Shown: positions 13,594 to 26,100 of the stretch, in pieces
Position numbering within the stretch: position 1 is the stretch's first letter
Layout: each line of letters starts with the position of its first letter
Assembly (NCBI RefSeq): GCF_001194135.2
Contig: NC_068987.1
Span: forward strand, 11,704,034-11,768,033
Reading direction: 5' to 3'
DNA from: Octopus bimaculoides
Lineage: Eukaryota
DNA length: 64,000 nt
Notes under the pieces: model-generated
What the model was told of the DNA's origin: nothing
Databases searched by the model: none
The model's input: only the letters and a program-made list of their open reading frames with translations
Made by a program: the position numbers and the translations under genes

Positions 13594-15032
13594 AATTAAT
13601 AAATAGATTAATAAATAAACCAACTAACCTTCACACTCTCCAGCATGTATGGTTACATCATCAATTGCAATGTCACCACTAGATCCATAACCAGAAACTC
13701 CTCTGAAGGCAATCTGAAATTCATATCATTGTTATAAATATAGTTGTTATAACAATTTTTATTATGAAGCAATAAATCAATTATTGAACCGTTAGATTTA
13801 TAAATTAGATTTTTAGCCTTTCACTTTACTCCAGTCAACTTAATTGTAAATTAGTACCAGCTACATAGACTTTGGAACAGTGGGTGCTGGGGTCGCAAAC
13901 ACACCCACTGAAATTGTTATTTTTTGGGGTAGAACAATAAAATTGCTTTGAATGTCCTCCTTGAAAATTGGATTTGCATTTCCTGAGCAAATTTTGTTCC
14001 CACAGCTAGTTGCTGGTAGAGCCTTGTCTCCCCTCTGGTTGTCACATGATAGATGTTCCATTGAGCCATAGTTGACAGAAACAAGAGAGTTTGGTAACAG
14101 GGGCTGCAGAGTGTGGGAACACACCCACTAACATTTGTTTTGGCAGGGCAATGGAAATACTTTCAACATCTTCCTGAAAACTGGTTTTGCACCGCCTAAT
14201 CAAATTTCATTCTCCCACTTATGACTAACTAGTTGCTGGTGCAACCCTACATGTCGATGGGAATATTCAGAGACCCCCTTCGGTCATGAATGACCATGGG
14301 ATTGCACCTAGAAAGTTACCATCCGAGGCACAAGTCCGGGCAAAGTTGTTTGTGGAAGGCCAGGAGTCGCCCATGTATACCGGCCTCCTCTCTCCACGCC
14401 ACCGATGTCATCCAAGGGAAAGGCAAAGGGGCCGATACAGCTTGGCACCTGTGACGTCGCAACTCATTTCTACAGCTGAGTGAACTGGAGCAACGTGAAA
14501 TAAAGTGTGTTGCTCAAGAACACAACACACAGCCCGGTCCGGGATTCGAACTCACAACCTCACGGTCATAAGCTCGATGCTCTAACCACTGAGCCATGTG
14601 CCTTACACGATGGGAATATTCAAGGGTTCCATAAATGCCTGGAAACTGCACATCAATGAGGGGGTTCAAGGATTCCATGAAGGGTCGATAGTCTAACCAT
14701 TATACCATAGCATAAAGCCACCCACATCTCTGTTGTAGCCCCACTCAGTCATTGGGGAACTTAGTCTTTCAGGCCACATGGTGACCTCACTAGTGTTGGT
14801 GACATGAAAAAAGCACCCAATACTTTCTGTTAAGTGGTTGGCATTAGGAAGGACATCTGGCCATTGAGGCCATTCCAAAGAAGATATTGGAGCACAATGC
14901 CTCTGTCTTCAGACATTGGATCCCGTCAAACAGTCCATGTTTCTTAGCCAGCATGGAGCATGGATGTTAAAAGATGAAGATGATGACGACGATGACGACG
15001 ACAATGATGACAATGATGATGATGATGATGAA

Positions 15033-15075
<43 letters not shown>

Positions 15076-16000
15076 GATGTTGATGATGATGAAGCTGATG
15101 ATGATGATGTAGATAATGATGATGATGACAATGGCAATGACAAGGAAGATGATGATGATGATGATGATGACAACGATTTTTGTACTGCTGATAACTTTAT
15201 GGCAAAAAGTGTTTGCTGTTGATTTTGTGTGTTGTGTGTGTTGGCACTCCATCGCTTACGACGTTGAGGGTTCCAATTGACCCGATCAACGGAACAGCCT
15301 GCTTGTGAAATTAACATGCAAGTGGCTGAGCACTCCACAGACACGTGTACCTTCAATGTAGTTCTCGGGGAGATTCAGCATGACACAGAGTGTGAGAAGG
15401 CTGGCCCTTTGAATTACAGGCACAACAGAAACAGGAAGTAAGAGTGAGAGAAAGTTGTGGTGAAAGAGGACAGCAGGGCACACCACCATCCCCTGCCGGA
15501 GCCTCGTGGAGTTTTAGGTGTTTTCGCTCAATAAACACTCACAACACCTAGCTTGGGAATCGAAACCGCGATCCTATGACTGCGAGTCCGCTGCCCTAAC
15601 CACTGGGCCATTGCACCTCCTTGCTGTTGATTTTTTGCTCTCAGTAAACATAAATTATTTGCAAATATTTGTACTCACATATGACGAACTAACAGCTGGT
15701 ATTGTCACGGTGCCTTGTAACCATTTATTTTTTTGTGGACCATTCTTTAACCAGATGTACTGAGCTGCACCCTTCTTCGGAACTAAGATTAATTGCAGAG
15801 AATTAACATCTTCTCCAAACATATGATAATAGAAGCTAACACAAGATTTTTGGGTTGTTGAAAATGCTGGACTTATCAAATCAGCAAAATGCTTCAAGAC
15901 ACCACCAAAAAATGAGGATTCAATGTATATGTAGTAACCACCTAAAAATAGAAAGCAGTACAATGAGTGGTGATATAAGAGTTATGATATATATATGCAT

Positions 16001-16046
<46 letters not shown>

Positions 16047-16491
16047 GTGAATAAAAATCAATACAAAAAAAGGGTTTTGTATGATCGTGTATAGAGGAAT
16101 ATATTATTTTATTTAGAAGAGTTCCAACTCTGTCTGTTTTTTATGTTTTATTTATATTCTTGTAAAATTAATGTGGATATAGAATATGGAATATATAATA
16201 TAATATATAATATAAAAATAAATGGTAAAATGAAATGAAGTATTGAATATATATACATGGAAATAGCACAGAAGTAAGTCTAAGACATTTCAATTTAAGA
16301 AAGAATTTAATAAAGAATAATATAAAGAAAATATTACTGGTTTCGATGTATCCCATCTTATCAAATATCAGTAAAAATTTATAAATATTTGAAGTAAAAA
16401 CAGTTTATCTTCTGTCTGGGGATCAAGTACATGTTCTTGACCCCTAGACAGATGATTTAGCATGTCTAGGTCATCTTGTATGTAGCTCTAT

Positions 16492-16529
<38 letters not shown>

Positions 16530-16724
16530 ATATGTATATATCTGAGCAATATCTTTTCCAAATGCTGGTTTTCTGAATGTCCCGAAGAAAGGGCCTTCAC
16601 CCCGATATATGGAAATATAAGGGTAAAACTGCAATGTTGTTCTGTTTTCTTTTCCTTCTGTACTTCACTTTGTACATTCTTGCATTGTTCCGGCCTTACA
16701 CAACTACATTCTTTAAAATATATG

Positions 16725-16757
<33 letters not shown>

Positions 16758-19700
16758 ATGTGTGTGTATGTCTTTGTGTCATTGTTTGTCCTCGACCACC
16801 ACTTGACAACCGATATTGGTGTGTTTATGTTCCCACAACTTAGCAGTTCAGGAAAAGAAACTGACAGAATAAGTACCAGACTTGAAAAAGAAAAGAAGTC
16901 CTGGGGTTGATTCATTTGACTAAAATTCTTCAAGGTGGTGCCCCAGCATGGTCGCAGTCTAATGACTGAAACAAGCAAACAATAAAAAAAAGCCAAATGG
17001 CAGGAGTGGCTGTGTGGTAAGTAGCTTGCTTACCAACTACATGGCTCGGGGTTCAGTTCCACTGCGTGGCACCTTGAGCAAGTGTCTTCTCCTATAGTCT
17101 TGGGCTGACCAAAGCCTTGTGAATGGATTTAGTACATGGAAACTGAAAGAAGCCTGTCATATATATATATATATATGTATATATGTGTGTATGTGTGTGT
17201 GTGTGTATGCTGGTGTGTTTGTGTTTGTCCCCCCACCATCGCTTGACAACTGATGCTGGTGTGTGTACATGCCCGTAACTTAGCATTTCAGCAAAAGAGA
17301 CCGATAGAATAAGTACTAGGCTTACAAAGAATAAGTCTTGGGATCGATTTGCTTGACTTAAGGCAGTGCTCCAGCATGGCCACAGTCAAATGACTGAAAC
17401 AAGTAAAAGAATAAAAAAAAAGTCATTGCATTAAATAACCAAGCATTCTTGGTATATTCTTCAATAAAGAAATGCATTGCATGTCATTTGAATACTAACC
17501 TCCACTATGATCAGACGAGGGTCCAGTATCGGAATTTCTAGTTGATCCTTTGGTTCTCTTCCAAAGAATTTGTGCCTTTTGACTATTCTTCCAGCCACAG
17601 AAATTCTTATCAAAGGAGCAATTAAAACCAGGAACTAGAATGAATAAAATGCAGGAGTTAGATTTTACATGTTATTTTTGATGCCGGTTTAAAATAGATA
17701 CTTTAGCAGTAGTGGTTTTGTTAAAAAAAATCTATTATTTATGACTTTAATTAAATTCTAAAATCTTGCTTCGATTTTAGTTAAATATGTGTGTATGTGT
17801 GTGTGTATATGTATTATGGTTGTGTGTGTGAACAAACAAACTGAAAATTTAAAGAAAACCTATTCATTTTGTGGTATCTTGGGAGGATCTTCATATCAAT
17901 TATAAACACATGCACTGGTTTTATTTCACTTCAATTTTTATTATTAGCCTATTAGCCAATCAGTTTACCAATTAACTAATTGGTTGTTTTGTTAATCTTT
18001 TGGTCAATCCATCAGTCAGGTCTGTGAAAGTCCTTCAAGCCTGCTTCAGGACAGACTCAAAGTTGACCTGGAGTCGGGAGAGCATGTCATTGATGAAAGC
18101 ACAAATGGCAAAGGAAAATACATGATAAACTTACCAGATTGATTGATCAAACAATTGATAAGTTAAATGATTAAATGTTATGTAACTGATTAATAATAAT
18201 ACAAGAAGTGAAATAGAATCAGTGCATGTGTTTATCATTGGCATTATGACCCTCCCAAAGCACACCAAAATCTACCTCAATGCACAAGTTCAGATCAAGA
18301 TTCTTACAAACCAAATACAAGAACAAAAAACACCCTGCTTCATATTCAGGATATAGAGTTAAAATATATATGTATTATAACAGAATATTAAAGTATAATG
18401 TGAAAGTATCATCAATTTTCAATCATTTAGCATCTGCTTTCCATGCTGGCATGGGTTAGGGTTAGGGTTAGGGTTAGGGTTAGGGTTAGGGTTAGGGTTT
18501 GACTGAAACTGGTAAGCTGGAGAACTGCACTAGGTTCCAATCTGATTTGGCATGGTTTTTATGGCCGGGTGCCCTTCCTAACACCAACCACTCCAAGGGT
18601 GGTGCTTTTTATGTGCTTTTTTTGTGCCACCAGCATGGGTGCCAGTTATGTGATATGGCAGGAGTGCCTGTGTGATAAGAAGCTTGCTGAAGAGGCGGCG
18701 AGCTGGCAGAAACATTAGTGCGCCGGATGAAATGCTTAGCGGTATTTCGTCTGCCCTTACGTTCTGAGTTCAAATTCCGCCGAGGTTGACTTTGCTTTTC
18801 ATCCTTTCAGGGTCGATAAATAAAGTACCAGTTACGCACTGGGGTCGATGTAATCGACTTAATCCCTTTGTCTGTCCTTGTTTGTCCCCTCTATGTTTAG
18901 CCCCTTGTGGGCAACAAAGAAATAAGAAGCTTGCTTCCCAAACACATAGATCTGAGTTCAATCCAACTGTGTGGCACCTTGGGCAAGTGTCTTCAATTGT
19001 AGCCTCATGCCGACCAAAGCCTTGTGCGTGGATTTGATAGATAGAAACTGAAAGAAGCCCATCATATGTGTGTGTGTGTGTGTGTTTGTCCCCACCACTG
19101 CTTTACAACCAGTGTTGGTGTGTTTATGTCCCTGTAACTTAGTGGTTTTTGGCAGTACTTGACAACTAATGCTGATGTGTTTACTATAACTTAGTGGTTT
19201 GGCAAAAGAGACTGAGACAATAAGCATCAAGCTTTAAAAAAGAAAATACCGGGGTCAATTCATTTGACTAAAAGGTCTAGGTAGTGCTCCAGCATGGCTG
19301 CAGTCTAATGACTGTAACAAGAAAAAGTTTAAACATAAAAGATGTTCTATATTTAAGAGATGAGGAATTATTTACATTATTTACATCATTTACATTTGAT
19401 GGATATTTGTCCTCATTTTGTTTGTTGTTAACACATTTCGGCTGATATACCCTCCAGCCTTCATCAGGTGTCTTGGGGAAATTTCGAACCTGGGTTCTCA
19501 TTCCTNNNNNNNNNNNNNNNNNNNNNNNNNNNNNNNNNNNNNNNNNNNNNNNNNNNNNNNNNNNNNNNNNNNNNNNNNNNNNNNNNNNNNNNNNNNNNNN
19601 NNNNNNNNNNNNNNNNNNNNNNNNNNNNNNNNNNNNNNNNNACTGCCTGGAATCGAACTTGGAATCTTAGGGTTAGTAGCCTGCACTCTTAACCACCATG

Positions 19701-19783
19701 TTATATGCCCGTGGGCATATGGTGTAGTAGTTAAGAGCACAGGCTACTAACCCCAAGATTCCGAGTTCGATTCCAGGCAGTGA

Positions 19784-19827
<44 letters not shown>

Positions 19828-21464
19828 TCGAAAAATACCTTAGGAATGAGAACCCAAGTTCGAAATTTCCTCAAGACACCTGATGAAGGCTGGAGGGCAT
19901 ATCAGCCGAAACGTGTTAACAACAAACAAGATGAGGACAAATATCCGTCAATTGTAAATAATGTAAATACTGTATAAAAGATGTTGTTAGTGAATGGGTG
20001 GGAGAGTGAACAAGTGTTGAGTGTAGATAAGTAGGGGAGACAAGAAAAAGGTAAGAGTAGGTGACAACTGCATTAAGATTGAGTAGGGTAATTTGGCATC
20101 AGTACATGTGCAAGGTTTGTATGTTTTACTTTATAAATGTGTCGTCATACATATGGTTGCATGTCTAGACATGTGCATGTGTCAGTAATGAAATATCATT
20201 TAAAATAAGCTAGACATAAAGATTGTCAAATTACTTTTAATTAGTGGGCTTGCTGTTGCTGTTGGTGTTACATCTGGTGAAGCTTTGGGGGGTAAAGTTG
20301 CACATTGCTTTGTGGACGTGAACTTCATATCATCTAAGGCAATGTCACCAGCATAATTTGGGCCTCGGCTCCCTTTTATTTTGACCTGAAATCAAAGCAC
20401 ACATTCTCTTGACAATAAAAATAAACAAATAAATAATTAAAATACAAAATTAAAATTTTTTTTTAAAATTCAAAATGTGAAGTCTATGTAGGTGCAAGAG
20501 TGGCTGTGTCATAAGATGTCTGCTTGCCAACGACATAATTCCAGTTTCAGTCCCACACAATGTGGCACCTTAAGCAGGTGTCACCTACTACACTGTATAA
20601 CACAAGTTTTGTACTTGGGTGGCACCTGTTATTTCCTATTTGCTTACTCCTAGAGAGTATGAAAAATGGCTAATATTTCCTTTAAACTTTGCTTTTGTTA
20701 ATGATATTTATTCAAACCCCAAAGAATCTCTCTCAACACATGGCTATGATTATGATGCTCCCCAACTACTCCTGCTCATGATCAGAGATGCACTTATTGT
20801 CGGCCACTAAGGGACATGCTCAAGTGGTTAAAGTCAAGCAACTGCCAAGCAAATCTGTGATATTGAGCAGAATATTTGCTATAATGATATTTGTGCTTCA
20901 GCAACTCAGCACTGGATCTGCTTGAAATGTAATGGAAAATAGGTCAGTTTCAAAACATTGATGTCCAGGTCACAAAAGCAAAGTTTTAAGGGAATAGTAG
21001 TCATTTCATTTGACTTCTAGATAGAAGCAAATAGGAAATAACACTTACTGACCAAAGACAAAAAAAAAAAGCTAAAAATTTTGTTACACGATGTTATAGT
21101 CTAAGGATAACCAAAGCCTTGAGAGTAGATTTGNNNNNNNNNNNNNNNNNNNNNNNNNNNNNNNNNNNNNNNNNNNNNNNNNNNNNNNNNNNNNNNNNNN
21201 NNNNNNNNNNNNNNNNNNNNNNNNNNNNNNNNNNNNNNNNNATATATATATATATATATATACATATATACAGTGGTGTGTTGTGGTTTTAGAGTCGTTT
21301 GATGTCCATTTCTAGCATGCGGATGCTGTTTCTCAATACCCTTAATTATAATTACATAATTATGTATCTATATTAATTCTTACCTATATGTTTTTTATTA
21401 TATGCTGGCTACTGATACGATCGTTATTTTTATAATGATTTTATTATTAATTATGTATACATAC

Positions 21465-21508
<44 letters not shown>

Positions 21509-23089
21509 ATATGTGTGTATGTATATGTGTGTATGTATATATATATACATATATATACATATATGTATATATAAATGAAAAAATGTATGGTAAATAAACA
21601 TATGACATAATATATACTTAGTTTAAAACCGGATGGGAAACAAACACAATGATGATGATGATGATGACAATGACGATGACGACAGCGACGACGATGATGA
21701 CGACAATGATGATGACAATGGCAACAAAGACGATGATGACAAAACGATTAAAAAATAAAGTGCAAGTGAAAGTGATCTTCTCACTTACTCTAAAAGGATT
21801 AGCAATATTTCTTAGGGTTGTTTGGCCCTTCATCCAACTTGATCCTTGATGCCCTGATAAATGCCAAATCAAATCTTCATCACCATTTTGGCTAGAAAAC
21901 ATCTGCAAGCTGGAATTTTCTGCTTTGTTGATGTAATAATAAAACTCAAAGCATTTTTTCTGGGTAGAGGGTGAAAATTGTTGACTTTCTAAAATAGCGA
22001 CTTGATTTGATTGAGAACTGTCGTACTTCTTAATTACAGTTGGTTCCAAGAACAAGTAGGACCCTAGGCAGAGAGAGAATAGGTTGACATGTATTTAATT
22101 TGAAATAATGTTTAAAAGAAACAATTCAATATAAAGCAGTATACTTCATTTTTTTTAAGTAATCAGAATATCGTGTTCGTTTTACCCATTGCTTGTTTCA
22201 GTCATTAAATTGTGGCCATGCTGGGGCACCACCTTGAAGAATTTTCTGCTGAATGAATTGACCCCAGTATTCATTTTCTTTTCTAAGCCTGGTACTCATT
22301 TTATCAGTCTCTTTTGTTGAACTGCTATGTTATGGAGAAGTAAACACTAGTTGTCAAGCAGTGTTAAGGTGCAAATACACACACACACACACACAATGGG
22401 CTTCTTTCAGTTTCCATCTACCAAGTTTACTCACAAGGCTTTGGTCAGCTGCTTTCCTTTTGATTAAATAGTCATTTCTGCTACAGGTACAAGATCTAAA
22501 ATCTTTGGGAGAAGGTGGCAAGTTGATTACATTGACCCCAGTTTCCAACTGGTATTTATTTTATCAACCCCCGAAAGAATGAAAAACAAAATTGACCTCG
22601 GTGGTATTTGAACTCAGAACATCAAGACTGATGAAATGCCACTAACGACTCTGCCAACTCGCTGCCTTAAAGAAAATTGCTTCTGATGCCATGTAGTGGG
22701 ATTGAAACACTGACCACATGATCATGAGATAAACTTTTTCAACAGTTTAACCGTGCTCATTTCTTTCTCTATATAATAACAGAATAGAAACATTCCGTCC
22801 TCTCCCCCCTCTCTCTCTCCCCCGCCCCTTCTCTCTATCTCTCCCTCTCTCTCTATCTCTATCTATTTATCTCTCCCCTTCTCCCACCTCTCTCAAAATA
22901 TAAAAAAATTATAAGGTATAGGTGTCTGGTAACAACTTTGCTTACCAACCACATGGTTCCGGGTTCAATCTCACTGCATGGCACCTTGGGCAAGTATCTT
23001 CTACTATAGCCTCAGGCCAACCAAAGTCTTGTAAGTAGATTTGGTGAATGGAAACTGAAAGAAGCTTGTTGTATATCTATATCTATCTA

Positions 23090-23135
<46 letters not shown>

Positions 23136-26100
23136 TGTCTGTCTGTCTGTCTATATATATGAGTGTGTGTGTGTCTTTGTATCTGTGTTTGTCCTTCACT
23201 ATTGCTTGACAACGAGTGTTGGTGTGTTTACATCCCTGTAACTTAGCAGATTGACAAAAGACACCGATAGAATAAGTACCAGGCTTTGAAAAAATAAACA
23301 AATAAATACTGATGTCAGTTCATTAGACTAAGAATTCTTCAAGTTGGTGCTCCAGTATGGTCACACTCTGTTGGCTGAAATAAGTAAAAGCTTAATGGAA
23401 AGACATAAATTGCAAAAAATTATGTATTATCAAAACTATTCTTACCTGCAGTTGTAGAAGATGAATGATCCTTAGATGGTCCATAAAGTGATGTATATTT
23501 TCCTGAACTTATCACCCAATCAAAATCATCCTTATGTTTATTTTCCCATTGACATTTACCATTTTCAAAATTGCATGAATCTGGAAAAAAAACACACACA
23601 AAAAAATAAAATTATGTTCTTTCCTAGCATATGAGCTAACGTAGTAGATACTGTAGACATGAAGAATAACTGTTCAAACATCATCCTTATCTTTCCAAAA
23701 TCCTGCTGCTTTTCCCAAAGAATTTTTTGGTCCCCCAAAGTTGTCCTGGTGTAAAAATTGACTGACTTCTTTTTGACTGTAAATTTTGGTCAGATTTGAG
23801 TTGTATGCTAGAGAATATGATGTTAAATAAGTTATGATTCGACCACATGCCCTTCATACAAGGGCTTTTTAAAACCAATAATCTACATGCTATTATCATA
23901 ATTATTATCTTCTAAGACACTCTTCAAGTCATGAATGACTAAAGGATTGCACCTAGAAAGCTCCCCTCCAAGGCACAAACCCAGGCAAGGTTGTTTATGG
24001 AAGACCAGCGGTCACCCATGCGTAACAGCCCCCCTCTCCATGCCACCAACGTTGTCCAAAGGCTGATACAGTTTAGTACCAGTGATGTCACAACGCATTT
24101 CAACGACTGACTTGAGTAAACTGGAGCAACATGAAATAAAGTGTCTTGCTCAAGAACACAACACACAGCCAAATCTGGGAATCAAGCTTAGTACAGACAA
24201 CCTTTGAATGCCACATGCAGTCTCTGGGTAGGCAGTTGGTGACGTTTATGTAGTAAAACACACAAAAAATAAGCGAAATACAAGCGCGAGACTGAGTTGA
24301 AGGCAGATTTCCTTCTGCCTGCACAACACGTAAATAAAACGGTGTTGTAGGAATGTACGCAACATGTGTACTACAGCAATATTATGCATAGATTAGATAC
24401 TGAGATTGAAAAGCAGGGGTGGATTATGCTTACCTAATCTACGAATAAAAAAAATATTTTGCATTTTATGCATAGTAATCAGAGTGACCTTCATAATTTT
24501 ATTGAATTAGGTGCATATTTTGCCATTAGAAGAAAATGTTACTATCGATCTATTTTATTCAGAGTAGGCACTACCTACCTTGCCTACCCAGGCAGCACAT
24601 CCCTGATACATGCATACATACATACATCCATCCATCCATACATACATACATACATACATACATATCACAGCTGCATTCTCGTTACACGAGAAAAGCCATT
24701 GCCAAGAAAACTTAATGAAATTATTCGTGATTGTTGCCATGTGATGCCCTTATATGACTTTTAAGCCTGGCCAAGCTATCACACATTTTATTACACACTA
24801 GACAACTGTAATGGCTGGCAGGAGAAACAGGTGACACCATATGCACTCTCTTAATATCTCTTTTTAGACTCCATCTGAGAGGTACACCCTTCCACATTTT
24901 ACACACGTTCTGTTATGAATTTTAATAGCCACATCATTGTTTATCATGGGTTGCTTTCTATGGAAATTTTGATAGCTCACCAGGCCTGCATGACTCAAAC
25001 ACCTCTGCTCACAAACTACATACATAAAAAGCAACACTCTCTCACTTTCCACATACATACAAACATACATACATACATTGGTTGTGGTGGTGGTGGTGGT
25101 GGTGGTGGTGGCAGTGGTGATGGTGGTGATGGAAGTGGTAGTGGTGTTGGTGAGGATGACTGGCTAAACTGAATGATGTTAATTGTACATGCCAGGAATA
25201 GTATTCAGTGTGAGGGACAGGATATCAGCCTTCTAGAATTACTGTTAATTTAGCAGTAATTCTCCTACTCTGAAAAAAAATTAATAAAACACTTTAAAAA
25301 AGAAGTATGTATATGATATATTCCAACCTGGTTTGATACGGCAGGGCTTATTTGATATAAAAACATCATCGAGGGCAACATTCAGAGAATAACCAGGGCC
25401 AGCAGTCCCAACAAATTCAATTCGGATATGCATTCCAGAATGGTTAACAATATTAAGATTAGCTTCATTCCATTGATTGCCTTGATCGTCTGAAAAAGAG
25501 ATAAAATTGTAAAGATATTATTACAGTAGATCCAGATGCCACCAGAGGCATAGCCAGAGTCTAAAGTTAGGGAGAGCGAGCACACAAAACAAAAAGTGCT
25601 GTGACACCACTTATGTGAAAGTAATGTTCATTTAGGAGGTGTTATCAAAAAATTCCTGGATTAGTTCTATCGTGCACCAACAGATGGCAACACATGGTTG
25701 CGTGTTCAGTGAGAGCTAGCAGTGACCGTCATGAGGCAGTGTGCCAAGTGACATCACTATGTTTACTTTGCAAGTTGTGGAATGTGTGTTTTCGTGATCA
25801 CATGTATGGCGCAATCTGCGATTTTGTCATGGAGGAAGTTGGAACAAAGAGTCAACGTGAAATTTTGCATTAAACTTGGGAAGTCTGCTACAGAGATATT
25901 GAAAATGCTTTGGCAAACTTACAGCAATGAGGGAATGGGCCATATGCAATGTTTCAAGTGACACAGGGGCTTCAAAAGTGGAAGAACTTCCCTAGGATAC
26001 GATGAGTGATCTGGAAGGCCTGCCATGAGCGTCACCCCCAAAATTATGGTATTGTGCATCAAAAATTCATCCCCCCCTGGGCCACACCACCAATCGAGAG

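Noticed and set aside
19713-19790. tRNA-like sequences (also 3170-3240, 14530-14607, 36370-36445)
   Set aside because: These are SINE heads: they have A/B boxes but no complete acceptor stem, and they continue into repeat bodies.
25150-25270. Strong acceptor TTTTTTTTCAG 57 nt after the exon 25 donor, suggesting a mini-intron and extra exon
   Set aside because: All three frames stop within 15 codons, and exon 25 joins exon 26 in frame without it.
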